Of a stretch of 64,000 nt of DNA, positions 50,039 to 59,730 are shown one piece after another. Position numbers and translations under genes: made by a program. Where the stretch lies: IMG/VR virus record IMGVR_UViG_3300007513_001104. One strand, written 5' to 3'. Within the stretch, counting starts at the first letter, position 1. Every line of letters begins with the position of its first letter. Under the pieces are notes generated by a model. The model made no database searches, was not told where the DNA came from, and saw nothing but the letters and a program-made list of their open reading frames with translations. The stretch comes from a virus.

Positions 50039-51465
50039 GCTAAATTTTCTCCTACTACTTTATCATCTATTTCACCTAATGATGCTGCTAATCCATTTTT
50101 AACTATCTCTACTTTCATTGTATGCCTTACACTATCAAATTTATGCTTAATAGCTGTTATTAAATATGGTCCTGTTAATAAAGGATCAACTATATCATCA
50201 TAGGTTGCATCCATTGGCTTATCTCCTGCGTTAGGATAAGCTAATTTAATAAGTTTTCCAACTTCTATATCTGTTCTTCCTGGTAAATCTATTTCAAATG
50301 TGTTATCATTAAATGAACTAAAATAAACTTGCCTAAATAAATTATTAGCTAAAACAGCTGGATTAGCTGCAGCTCCAAATTTTCCATCTACTAATCCTCC
50401 TTGCATTCCTGAGGACTGAAATTGATTTAAATATTTAATATTTACAAATGAATATGGATTACGTTGTATTCCTCCTGGTATTGGAATTCCTATATCTGTG
50501 TGAACGAAATTACCAAATTGATCTCTTCCATCTAATGTAACTTCAGCCTGTTCTTTTGTAAATAAATCGTAAGCTCTTGTGGATGCTGAATAGTAACCAC
50601 TGTCTTGTCCATCTAATATATCAATTGTTCTTGGAATTTGTATAGCTTCTATTTTACTAAAAGATATTGGAAGTTCTGCTGCTAAAAAGTTTTCACCGCC
50701 TCCTCTATGTGGGACCTCTAAACCAGGCGGAGCATACAAAAACTCTTCCCATAATCCCATGTCTAATTGTTTTTGTATTAAATTTTGAAATGATGTTAAG
50801 TAAAACATTTTATTAGATTCATAAAACACATAGTCTGAACCTTCAAATTGACTGCCTTGACATCTTCTGCTTATAAATTGTAGGTTTTGAAACGGTGTCC
50901 AGAAGTTAGAAGTGTATTGTATCTTAGAAGTATGTGGTGTGTCGCCTATAACAAGAGGTGTAACTCCACCTTGTGAATCAATACGTCTATATTCTTGTAT
51001 ATGATCTAAATATATTTGTTCTGCTATTTGATCAGTAGATCTTGGTTGCCCTATTGCACCAAATGCTTGTGTAATACTTCTTGCTTGATCACTGATTGCT
51101 TCTACAGAGCAGAACTTTAATTTGTAAAATTGCTCTCTATCATTATTAAGCATTCTTTTTTCAATGGCATATATTTGAAATGATTTCTCTATTATCATCT
51201 CAGGAACGTCTTCAAATGTTTTTGTTCTCCATTTGCACGTTATCAATTCACCGCCACGGATTGGCCAATTTGTTATTGCATTTATAGCATCAGTAACTAA
51301 TATCTCTCCTGTCAATGTTGGTGACCAAACATCTTCATATAAATTAAATTCAACTATAAAATTCTTAAAGTCCCATTGAGTATTGTCTTGTGTAGTCAAA
51401 AAGAGTTCATCACAAGAAACGTCTCCTGCTTTGAGAATATTTTCTACTGTTGTTTCGTCGCCCAT
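50035..51465 (-). CDS. baseplate hub protein (gp27-like)
   Basis: YED..SP..TG...D..N....PI.GGE, W.PF...., YVFYE, PG......G..I, G.YLITAIKH; lies between gp53 and gp5. Confidence 0.65.
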   Translation of the reverse strand: MGDETTVENILKAGDVSCDELFLTTQDNTQWDFKNFIVEFNLYEDVWSPTLTGEILVTDAINAITNWPIRGGELITCKWRTKTFEDVPEMIIEKSFQIYAIEKRMLNNDREQFYKLKFCSVEAISDQARSITQAFGAIGQPRSTDQIAEQIYLDHIQEYRRIDSQGGVTPLVIGDTPHTSKIQYTSNFWTPFQNLQFISRRCQGSQFEGSDYVFYESNKMFYLTSFQNLIQKQLDMGLWEEFLYAPPGLEVPHRGGGENFLAAELPISFSKIEAIQIPRTIDILDGQDSGYYSASTRAYDLFTKEQAEVTLDGRDQFGNFVHTDIGIPIPGGIQRNPYSFVNIKYLNQFQSSGMQGGLVDGKFGAAANPAVLANNLFRQVYFSSFNDNTFEIDLPGRTDIEVGKLIKLAYPNAGDKPMDATYDDIVDPLLTGPYLITAIKHKFDSVRHTMKVEIVKNGLAASLGEIDDKVVGENLA

Positions 51466-51469
51466 TTCA

Positions 51470-51976
51470 TCACTTCTTAACTAATCTCTTGTATTGTTGC
51501 GTTATATCTCTTAAAAACATTTTATTTAAAAGAAATATTTGGCTTTTTATATTATTTAGATCAGTTTCATACTCTAAATTAGTTACTGCTAGATAATCTC
51601 CTGATGCCACTTTGACCGAGTCCCAATCAACTATAACGCTCTTATCTGCCTTCATAACATAATGATGGACATCTGAGCTGTTTTCCGAACCATATTTATC
51701 TTTTATATAAGCTGTCAAAGAGTTTTGACTTAAAGGCCACTCTCGCTGTACATCTGTTATATTGTTAGCAAGTAAAACCAACCAGTGGTATTTACTTGAT
51801 CCATAAATTTTGTCCGCTACTATTTCAGGGGTTTCACCTTCGCCAACATAATACTCTATTAAATGAAGTCTATTCTGGAAAAACTTATCTAAATGAACCC
51901 TTCTAAATATATCAGGAACGATTGTCTGTTTACCACTATAAGGATAATACATTTTTGGTAGTGCCTTAAAATACAT
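51470..51976 (-). CDS. gp53: baseplate wedge subunit
   Basis: YF...P...Y, GETPE.VA.K.YG...YHWLVLL.N.I.D...WP, HHY, VTN.EYE...N. Confidence 0.92.
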   Translation of the reverse strand: MYFKALPKMYYPYSGKQTIVPDIFRRVHLDKFFQNRLHLIEYYVGEGETPEIVADKIYGSSKYHWLVLLANNITDVQREWPLSQNSLTAYIKDKYGSENSSDVHHYVMKADKSVIVDWDSVKVASGDYLAVTNLEYETDLNNIKSQIFLLNKMFLRDITQQYKRLVKK

Positions 51977-51977
51977 A

Positions 51978-53201
51978 TTAGAACCCTTGTGCTATCCTTA
52001 CCGCTGTTAATGTTTCTAGTTCTGTAAATGCTAGTTCCATATTAATCTCTGTTGGCATTCCGCCGGAGTTTTTGAAAGTATTAAACGCACCATCTGGGCC
52101 ATAGGTTACTTTACATCCTGTTAATGCACAAGATGATATTTTAGGCAAATGTGGATTAAGATCTACATTACCATTCTTGTCTAGATACTCAAATTGTATT
52201 GAAAACTCTGCGGGATAAACTAAAAACAAATCTCCCTCTGAGGCCTCTGGATGCATATGATATTTAAATGTATCAACTATTTCCATTACCATATCTGCCT
52301 CGTTTGGATTTCTAGGTACAAACGTGTAATTAAAAGAAAATCTTCTGAACCCCATACTCTTAAATAATTGTTCTTTGTATGGATTACTAACCTTTTTAGA
52401 TGTTGCCTCTATTGCAGCTCCAAAATCTGCGTCGGCTCCTACTGCTTTAGGCATGTTAGCCGCTGCTGATATCAGACCTCGACCTATAAATTCTGGAGCT
52501 TCTGCTAGGTCTTTAAAGTCCATTCTACCTGAACCCAACAAACCTGCTACTCCTAAATTAGTTTCATCCCAATTAGCTGCGTATGCTGATACTATTGATT
52601 GTGGTACATATAACTGAATGGTTTTTAGTAATCTAATAGTAGAAGTTTGGTTCATTCTACCCATTGCATTTCCAAGAAACGCACCAACAATTCCTCCAGC
52701 TGCTGTTGTTAGTACCTTGCCGAGTTTGGTAGCTCCATCTTTTAATATGTGTCCAGAACTGATACCTGCCATGGTGCCTATTGATGCTGCTAGTGCTCCC
52801 GCTCCAGTTGCTACTGTTTCATATTCCTCTGCTTTGGCTCTATTTTCTTTTGTATATTCTTCATTATAATCTTGGTTTGCTTCTATGAGCCTTTGTCTCA
52901 TTGCCTCGTCAGTGTTAGCAGCTGTAACGGCGTCTGTTGCTGCAACAGAAGTCTGTCTAGCATTTATATAAAAGTGAACCGCGTGGGGTTGACTTGCGCT
53001 AAAGAGTTCTTGAGGATAAGTTAAGGTTTCGCCGTTATCATGGCCTTTACCTCCTAATCCATAACTTGTTTTAGCTTCTTGCTGGGCGTCTATCTGGTCT
53101 TTATGACTTCCTTCATCTAGGATTGACTCTTGAGTCTGCATCAGTTGCTTCTCAGACTTCTTCCGCTCTCTTCTTGCTCTTATTCTATCCCCTATGGCCA
53201 T
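51978..53201 (-). CDS. gp48: baseplate tail-tube cap
   Basis: I.LY.P, NPY.EQLF....FR.FSF.Y.F.PRN..E, YP.EF.I, C.LT...V.Y, P....L.F.ELE. Confidence 0.88.
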   Translation of the reverse strand: MAIGDRIRARRERKKSEKQLMQTQESILDEGSHKDQIDAQQEAKTSYGLGGKGHDNGETLTYPQELFSASQPHAVHFYINARQTSVAATDAVTAANTDEAMRQRLIEANQDYNEEYTKENRAKAEEYETVATGAGALAASIGTMAGISSGHILKDGATKLGKVLTTAAGGIVGAFLGNAMGRMNQTSTIRLLKTIQLYVPQSIVSAYAANWDETNLGVAGLLGSGRMDFKDLAEAPEFIGRGLISAAANMPKAVGADADFGAAIEATSKKVSNPYKEQLFKSMGFRRFSFNYTFVPRNPNEADMVMEIVDTFKYHMHPEASEGDLFLVYPAEFSIQFEYLDKNGNVDLNPHLPKISSCALTGCKVTYGPDGAFNTFKNSGGMPTEINMELAFTELETLTAVRIAQGF

Positions 53202-53245
53202 ATAAATACCTATGTTATATTAATGTTACACACTTATTTATATGG
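53198..53245. promoter_or_regulatory. face-to-face late promoter pair (TATAAATA + at 53201-53208; - at 53235-53242)
   Basis: 11-bp inverted repeat CCATATAAATA/TATTTATATGG; each arm combines one promoter with the opposite gene's ATG. Confidence 0.75.
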
Positions 53246-53676
53246 TTTATGCCAAAGAAATATATAAAGGCCGATTTATTCCACGAAATCCAATAAAGTA
53301 TCTCGGGGACTTAAACTCTATTGTCTATAGATCTAGTTATGAATTAAAATTTATGAACTGGTGTGATCTTAACGAATCAGTTAAAGGTTGGGTATCAGAA
53401 GAGGTAGCAATTCCATATCGTAACCCATTAGACAATAAAGTTCACAAATATATGGTTGATTTTTATATAGAAGTAGACAAGAAAAAATATCTTGTAGAAG
53501 TAAAACCCGAAAGATTCACAAAACCTCCCGACACACAGAAAAGAAAAACCAAAAGATACATACAAGAAGTTGCCCAATACGGAGTAAACGAGGCCAAATG
53601 GAAAAGTGCTAAAGATTTTTGTAAAAAACAAAATATGGAATTTATGATTATAACTGAAAAAGAATTGGGTATCTAA
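53242..53676 (+). CDS. gp4: head completion protein (TnsA-like nuclease fold)
   Basis: Y.G.F.P.NP.KY.GD...IVYRS..E.KFM..CD, W.SEE..IPY, Y..DF, EVKP, N.AKW..A, IITE.EL. Confidence 0.92.
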   Translation: MVYAKEIYKGRFIPRNPIKYLGDLNSIVYRSSYELKFMNWCDLNESVKGWVSEEVAIPYRNPLDNKVHKYMVDFYIEVDKKKYLVEVKPERFTKPPDTQKRKTKRYIQEVAQYGVNEAKWKSAKDFCKKQNMEFMIITEKELGI

Positions 53677-53684
53677 TATAAATA
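53677..53684 (+). promoter_or_regulatory. late promoter for gp2
   Basis: TATAAATACTATT immediately followed by ATG. Confidence 0.8.
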
Positions 53685-53689
53685 CTATT

Positions 53690-54280
53690 ATGGCAACACC
53701 ATTCACAGATATTAGACTAGAGGCAGGAGACAGAGAACGTTCTGCTGCTTGGTATCAAAAGACTGTTCGTAATGTAGCAAGCGGAGTTAATGCTCCTAAT
53801 GAAGTATTTGGTTCAGACTTGGGAGAATATGTATCACAATTAGACGTAGGTCAAATGTATGCTTTTAGATATGATCCTTTTCACAAAGAAACATTACCAT
53901 ATTATGATAAGTTTCCTTTAGTTATAATAGCAGAACCGTTGCCAACAGGATTCAGTGGTATTAATTTACATTATCTTCCACCATTAGTAAGGGCTAGATT
54001 GTTAGGCAAACTTATGGATGCTTCAGATTTAGAGATAGATGTAAGAAGTAAATTAAATGCACAATGGAGTTTTATAAGAAATTTTAGTAGGTTCCCTGAA
54101 TGTAGAGGTTCTGTTAAGAAATATTTAACAAGTCAGGTTCAAAGTAGAATGTATAAAGTAAATCCAGTACATTGGAAGTCAGCAATATTTTTAGATACAC
54201 ATGATTTTGTTGGTGCACAAACCAGTCACATATGGAGAGAGACTGCTAAACGACCTGAACGTAAGAGGGCACAAGTATAA
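53690..54280 (+). CDS. gp2: DNA end protector protein
   Basis: S..WY, G.MY.F.YDP..K.TLPYYD.FPL, GF.G.NLHYLP...R..L, K.YL. Confidence 0.92.
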   Translation: MATPFTDIRLEAGDRERSAAWYQKTVRNVASGVNAPNEVFGSDLGEYVSQLDVGQMYAFRYDPFHKETLPYYDKFPLVIIAEPLPTGFSGINLHYLPPLVRARLLGKLMDASDLEIDVRSKLNAQWSFIRNFSRFPECRGSVKKYLTSQVQSRMYKVNPVHWKSAIFLDTHDFVGAQTSHIWRETAKRPERKRAQV

Positions 54281-55065
54281 TGTCAGATAGTAGAGTAAAA
54301 GACCAAAAAGTCCTAAATAAGTTTGAGAATTTCATAGCGAAATTTAGAGGAATGTCCTTTGCAAGGACTGAAAGGTTTGAATGTCAATTTCAATTTCCTA
54401 ATGCTTTAGAAGGCGAATGGAATAAAATTAAATCAGACCCAATGACAACCAAGAGCATGCCACAAATCGTCTCTGGAGGCACCATAAACACCGGAGGGAC
54501 TAATAGTGCGTCGGCTCCAATGGAGGCTGCTTTACTATGTGAAGAAGTTCAAATACCTGGTATGGTATTAACAAATAAAGAGGTTCCACTTGGTAATTGG
54601 AATTTTATGAGAAACAATAATGTCAACTTTTTAGGAAACGAAATTAATATTACATTCTTAACAGATAGACATTGGCAATTAAGACATTTATTTGAAGCTT
54701 GGATTGACCTTTGTGTGGATACCACATCAAAACAAGTTGCATATCCAGATGACACTCATGGTATAGTCTGGATTAATTCTTTGGATTTACAAAACAATGT
54801 AACAGCATCATGGGAGCTAATGGAAGTTACCCCCAAGGTATTAAACTTAATACCATTGGCAATGGGTGGTGTTAGTGTTGCAAGAACCACTTTAATTATA
54901 TCCTCGGCATACTGGAGGTCTAGAACCATTGATATAGATTTAAATAAAGATATTGCTGAAAAGCAAAAAGCAGAACTAGATCCTCGTTTACTTGGATATG
55001 CTGCTTACACAAACCAGATTGACGCCGACACTTACAGCCGGTGGAAAAAATATAAAGGGGATTAA
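54280..55065 (+). CDS. tail-tube initiator / gp19-like baseplate protein (gp54-like)
   Basis: AR..RF, LCE....PG, I..TF..D....R..FE.W, YPD; tube-fold pattern and synteny. Confidence 0.65.
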   Translation: MSDSRVKDQKVLNKFENFIAKFRGMSFARTERFECQFQFPNALEGEWNKIKSDPMTTKSMPQIVSGGTINTGGTNSASAPMEAALLCEEVQIPGMVLTNKEVPLGNWNFMRNNNVNFLGNEINITFLTDRHWQLRHLFEAWIDLCVDTTSKQVAYPDDTHGIVWINSLDLQNNVTASWELMEVTPKVLNLIPLAMGGVSVARTTLIISSAYWRSRTIDIDLNKDIAEKQKAELDPRLLGYAAYTNQIDADTYSRWKKYKGD

Positions 55066-55087
55066 TGATAAATAATGGAGAAAAATT

Positions 55088-55774
55088 ATGACACTACCTA
55101 GAGTAGAAACACCAACATTTGAAGGAAACTTAGCTTCAACGGGAGAGCCGATTAGATTCAGGCCTTTCTTAGTTAAAGAAGAAAAAATTCTTATGTTAGC
55201 AAACGAAGCTGAAGACTTTAAGGACATGGTAAACGCATGTGCTCAAATTGTAACAAACTGTTCTGGAATTAATGGACACGACCTTACAATGTTTGACCTA
55301 CAAGATCTTTTTATAAAAATAAGATCTAAATCTGTAGGTGAAGTAGCAGACTTTACTCTTTCATGTGGAAGCTGTAGTAAAACTACACCTTATGAACTAA
55401 GACTTGATGAGATGAAAGTCAAGGGTTTAGACAATCCACCCGATAACTTTATCAAGATTAACGAAGAAATAGGCGTACAATTAAAGTGGCCTACGGCTAT
55501 GGTTACATCGCAGATAGAGGAATTAGAAGATGAAGAAATAATTGCTAAATGTATTGATTATGTTGTTGATGGGGAAGAGACATTTAGTATTGAGGAAGAG
55601 CCTTTAGAAGAGGTTGCTTCTTTTATAGACGATCTTCCAATAGAAGTTATGGAGAAAATGAGAGACTTTTTTCAACAAATGCCTCGTATAGAACACACGG
55701 TGGAATATAAATGTCCACATTGTGAGACCGATAATGCTATTAGTATTAATGGATACGAACATTTTTTCGGTTAA
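55088..55774 (+). CDS. gp26: baseplate hub assembly protein
   Basis: LP...P, RPFLVKEEKIL..A, FD...LF..IRSKSVGE, CxxC pairs, FF..MP, ends G...FFG. Confidence 0.9.
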   Translation: MTLPRVETPTFEGNLASTGEPIRFRPFLVKEEKILMLANEAEDFKDMVNACAQIVTNCSGINGHDLTMFDLQDLFIKIRSKSVGEVADFTLSCGSCSKTTPYELRLDEMKVKGLDNPPDNFIKINEEIGVQLKWPTAMVTSQIEELEDEEIIAKCIDYVVDGEETFSIEEEPLEEVASFIDDLPIEVMEKMRDFFQQMPRIEHTVEYKCPHCETDNAISINGYEHFFG

Positions 55775-55965
55775 CTCTTTCTCAGGAGAGTCTTGAAAAC
55801 TTTTACAAGACTAATTTCTTGCTTATGCAAGAACATCAGTATAGTTTAACGGAGCTAGAAAACATGATGCCGTGGGAGAGAGAGGTTTACGTTTCAATGC
55901 TTATTGGGCATTTGAAGAAAAAGGCGGATAAGAAAAAACAACAACAGGAAAAAGAGAACTGGTAG
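55768..55965 (+). CDS. gp51: baseplate hub assembly protein gp51 (conserved 5' part lacks a start codon)
   Basis: Not in ORF track. RLTLSQESLENFYKTNFLLMQEHQYSLTELENMMPWEREVYVSML..HL is the gp51 pattern; first in-frame TTG/ATG are at 55819/55825. Confidence 0.85.
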   Translation, partial: RLTLSQESLENFYKTNFLLMQEHQYSLTELENMMPWEREVYVSMLIGHLKKKADKKKQQQEKENW

Positions 55966-55968
55966 AAA

Positions 55969-58900
55969 ATGGCAGACGAAAGAGTAGATAATCAAATGCT
56001 TTTGGATAAACTCGAAGGAGTAATGGATCGTCTTGAAAAGTCCGATCCCACTGATCCATCAGGCATGTTTGGCAAGTCTGTCAAAGAATTATCTACATCT
56101 AAAGATTTTAAAACCCTCCAAAAAATAGTTGATGAAAACCATGAGCGTTTAACTGAAGATACCGAAATTCTAAAAGGCGATGCCGCAACAAACAAACTAG
56201 CTAACAAAGTACAAATTGCTAAAGAAATTTATGATTCATTTAGAGAACATACAGCGAGCACATTTTATAAAGAACAAAGGAAACATAATCGAGGCGCTCG
56301 TAATTCTCGACAGAAAATGGAAAACCAGAATGATCTAATCATTCAAGACAACAAAAAAATTATTGAACTCTTAAAAGAACGTAAGAGTGGGCCTTTACTG
56401 GCAGTTGGAACCGGAGGCGGTGGCCAGCCAGATCCTTCAGCATCAGATCCTGATCAACAAAGAATTAATGAAACCGTAGACAGAATAGAGGCTAAACAGT
56501 TTAGGCTGAGCCCTAGCGAAATGCGGGATGCAGGTTATAGTAAGCGCGAGTCTGAAAGTGAAGAGTTTATTGACCTTGAAGCTCACAAAAGAAAGGATGC
56601 AGCAGAGAAAGAGAAGGCAGCTGAAGAAGTAAAGAAGAAAGAACTAAAATTCTACAAGCTCAAGGGAGATGGTGTTGATGACGCAATTAAAGACGAAACA
56701 AATTTACAAAAAACTAGAAAAAAATTATATGATGAGAAAGTTAAAGAGGCAGGTACTAATCCTTTAACAGGCGCTCAACAATATCGAGACATAGAAACAG
56801 GACAATATACAACATCTGATGAGGCTAACTGGAAGACAGCTGAACTCGCAGATGCTATTAGAGGCGGATCAGGATATGCAGGCGGTACTACAGACCGAGG
56901 GGCATCCATGGCCTCTAAAGGCGCAGCAACGTTAAGTAAAAATATTGGTGACAATGCTCCAAACATACAAAGAGGTTTAGACGAGCTTGAAAAGATAAAT
57001 GCCAAAGAAGGTTTAGAGGCTAAACAGGCTTTAGAAAAACTTACTAAAATGATGGCGCAAGCGGCATCTGGTGAAAAAGATGCGAAAGGTAAAAGAGTAT
57101 CAGCAGATGATGTTAGACAACAAGCATGGGAAACCAAACTTTTAATGCGTCGGGACAGCTTTGGTGATACCGGAGAAAAACTTACTGAGGATTTAGGCCT
57201 TGATCAAGTATCAAAAGACCTTAGTAGTGAAAGAGGTTTTAGTGCTTTGAGGGGATTTATTCCACTTAATAAAACAGGATTAAAAGACTTTGCCGGCGTT
57301 GATTCAGATGCAGGCTTTGGCAAAGGATTAAAACAAGCATTTTCACCTGAAAGGTTGTTTGGTGTTGACAAAAAGACTGGACCAAGCTTTCTTGGTAAGG
57401 TAATGAATGCACCAGGACGTCTATTTGGGGCTCGTTCGATAGAAGATAGAGTTGCAGAAGAGAAAGCAACACAAACAGTAGCAGCTAGAGATCAGGCTAA
57501 AGGTCTAGGAACCTTAATAGGAGAAGAAGGTTTAGATATAGCCACAAAAGATAAGAAAGAAGAGAAAGCAGAAGACACAAAAGATGCGGTAGAAGCCACA
57601 GCAGTAACAGTAGAAACAACAGCAGCAAAAACAGAAGGTATTGAAAAGGCAACAGAAAGAACTGCAGTAGCTACTGAAGAACTTAGAGACATGGCCAAAG
57701 ATGAAGGATCATTAATGGTTCATGATGTCCATGTTGAAGCCAAACTAGACGAATTATTAAAAGAAAAAGAGAAAAAGGACGGAAGAACAGGACAAGACAC
57801 AGAGTCAATACCTGAAAGACAATTAGAAACTCTTATTGACATGAGAGATTTGTTAGAAGAAGCTACAGCCGGTGCAGCCCTAGGAATGGACAGGAACAGT
57901 AGTGGTCCAGGATTCTTTGGAAGGATGTTCGGCAGAGGCGGAACCCCTCGAGGCGCACCACCAGGTACTAGGGTCGCAAAACCTCCTGGAAGAATGTCCA
58001 GAATGTTTAGCAAAGCAGGCTCTGCTCTTAGAGGAGCAGGTCCAGCAGCCCAAGGATTTGCCCAAGGTAGTGGTGGTGGATTGTTGAAAGGTGCGGCAAG
58101 AGGATTAACAAGATTTGGTGGCGCCATTGCTGGTGTTGGCATGGGTGTTTATGAGGGTGTAACAGGATTTAGAGATGCTGAGGCAAGAGCAGATGCAGGC
58201 GAATTAACAGCAGAAGAAGAACAAATAGAAAAAGGTGAGGCTATTGGAGGAGGCGCCGGAGGAGCAGGCGGTGCCATAGCAGGTGCAGCAGCAGGTGCAG
58301 CAATAGGCTCAGTTGTTCCGGTTATAGGTACAGCAATTGGTGGACTTATAGGTGGAGCAGTAGGTTACTTTGCAGGTAGATGGGCAGGTAAAAAAGCAGG
58401 AGGCGCTATAGCAGATGCCATTCCAGTTAGTGCTAGTGAATTAGCAGAATCTAATGAACTAGCTGAAACCACATTAGAAAATGTTGGAGAAAAAGATCCT
58501 GAATTAGTTACAACAATACGACAAGAAGCAGATCAAATAGAAGCACAGATGTTAGAAGAGGCAGGTGATGAAGTCTCAGACAATGATAAAGCTGCTATTA
58601 AAAATGCTGCTCTTGTAAAAGCAATACAAAATCATACAGCAGAAATTGATGCCCTTCCTGTAACAGGTGGAGCTCAATTAACTAGTCAAATAGAAGATGA
58701 AGATTCAGGGACAATAACAACAAGAACGACTCAAAGTATAGGTGGAACCTTTAGTGAAAGAGACCTGATGGAAAATGATCCTGAAGCATACGCTGAATTT
58801 CAAGAAGTTAAAAAACAGTTTAGAGGACAGCAAGGGGCACATTCAAAAGCAATTATAGAATGGGGTCGTATGGGAAGGACTGAAGGATTTGAAGGAGGAA

Positions 58901-59193
58901 CACTAGAAAGAACACAAAACGGAGTAGCTGTACCTGAAGGTGAAGAGATGGAGGATTTACAAGGGTCTATTGAACGGGGAACATTACCCACAGGAGATGC
59001 CATTGATAATATGACTGACCGAGCAGGCGGAGGTCCAACTACAGAGCAAGGGCCTGTTATTGTAAATAACACAGTACCTGCACCGGCACCTACACCACCA
59101 AGTGATGAGCCTAATATAGCTATTATGCCTTCTAGAGTTAGAACTTCTGATAGCGTTATACAAAGATATCAAGACAAACGTTTTAGAGTCTAA
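55969..59193 (+). CDS. tape-measure / baseplate hub protein (gp29-like)
   Basis: 1074 aa, helical and charged, with hydrophobic glycine-zipper GAAAGAAIGSVVPVIGTAIGGLIGG; C-term PVIVNN; follows gp26/gp51. Confidence 0.65.
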   Translation: MADERVDNQMLLDKLEGVMDRLEKSDPTDPSGMFGKSVKELSTSKDFKTLQKIVDENHERLTEDTEILKGDAATNKLANKVQIAKEIYDSFREHTASTFYKEQRKHNRGARNSRQKMENQNDLIIQDNKKIIELLKERKSGPLLAVGTGGGGQPDPSASDPDQQRINETVDRIEAKQFRLSPSEMRDAGYSKRESESEEFIDLEAHKRKDAAEKEKAAEEVKKKELKFYKLKGDGVDDAIKDETNLQKTRKKLYDEKVKEAGTNPLTGAQQYRDIETGQYTTSDEANWKTAELADAIRGGSGYAGGTTDRGASMASKGAATLSKNIGDNAPNIQRGLDELEKINAKEGLEAKQALEKLTKMMAQAASGEKDAKGKRVSADDVRQQAWETKLLMRRDSFGDTGEKLTEDLGLDQVSKDLSSERGFSALRGFIPLNKTGLKDFAGVDSDAGFGKGLKQAFSPERLFGVDKKTGPSFLGKVMNAPGRLFGARSIEDRVAEEKATQTVAARDQAKGLGTLIGEEGLDIATKDKKEEKAEDTKDAVEATAVTVETTAAKTEGIEKATERTAVATEELRDMAKDEGSLMVHDVHVEAKLDELLKEKEKKDGRTGQDTESIPERQLETLIDMRDLLEEATAGAALGMDRNSSGPGFFGRMFGRGGTPRGAPPGTRVAKPPGRMSRMFSKAGSALRGAGPAAQGFAQGSGGGLLKGAARGLTRFGGAIAGVGMGVYEGVTGFRDAEARADAGELTAEEEQIEKGEAIGGGAGGAGGAIAGAAAGAAIGSVVPVIGTAIGGLIGGAVGYFAGRWAGKKAGGAIADAIPVSASELAESNELAETTLENVGEKDPELVTTIRQEADQIEAQMLEEAGDEVSDNDKAAIKNAALVKAIQNHTAEIDALPVTGGAQLTSQIEDEDSGTITTRTTQSIGGTFSERDLMENDPEAYAEFQEVKKQFRGQQGAHSKAIIEWGRMGRTEGFEGGTLERTQNGVAVPEGEEMEDLQGSIERGTLPTGDAIDNMTDRAGGGPTTEQGPVIVNNTVPAPAPTPPSDEPNIAIMPSRVRTSDSVIQRYQDKRFRV

Positions 59194-59333
59194 TGAAACA
59201 TCAAGACGAAGAGGTATGGGAATACACCCATCGATTAAGACGTCATATTAAAAAACCAATTGAATTAAACGCGTTTGCTATAGTTTTGACACTCTGTCTG
59301 ACAGGCGTGTTGCTCTATTACCTACTTGCCTAG
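59193..59333 (+). CDS. small tail-anchored membrane protein (46 aa)
   Basis: Not in ORF track. TAATG coupling to the tape-measure stop; MKHQDEEVWEYTHRLRRHIKKPIELNAFAIVLTLCLTGVLLYYLLA. Confidence 0.5.
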   Translation: MKHQDEEVWEYTHRLRRHIKKPIELNAFAIVLTLCLTGVLLYYLLA

Positions 59334-59730
59334 CCCACTTACTATCTAACATTTCCTCAGAAGCAAGTTTCCAATGATGGTTCTCTAAATGATTGATAAA
59401 CTTTTTAAATTTACTTAACCTAGGTCTTCCTAAGTTGAACATCATATTAACAAGAACTTCTTTTAATTCATCTGGAAAATTATTCCAACGAGCCTCAAAT
59501 AATACTTCACATTCCGCTATAGATGTATCTAAGTCTTGTTGAAAGACTTCATATATTCTATCTTCGGAAACATCATAGCCTTCCGGAAGACCGTCTTCTT
59601 CATCATCTTTTGTAATCAAGTGTCCTATTCCAAACGTTAAAAATCCTAAGTGATCTTTGTATATACCATATACAATACCCTCATCAATTTTTAATTGTTC
59701 ATAGACATTGTCTCTATTTTCTTTTTTCAT
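59278..59730 (-). CDS. e: T4-type lysozyme (GH24 endolysin)
   Basis: L.IDEG....YKD.LG..T.GIGHL (E/D/T triad), NM.FNLG..L..F, EM.DS.WA.QV..RA. Confidence 0.92.
   Translation of the reverse strand: MKKENRDNVYEQLKIDEGIVYGIYKDHLGFLTFGIGHLITKDDEEDGLPEGYDVSEDRIYEVFQQDLDTSIAECEVLFEARWNNFPDELKEVLVNMMFNLGRPRLSKFKKFINHLENHHWKLASEEMLDSKWARQVGNRATRLSDRVSKL

Noticed and set aside
53242-53676. TnsA-like motifs as evidence of a transposon
   Set aside because: Matches gp4 head-completion protein in its usual position beside gp2; no terminal repeats or other tns genes.
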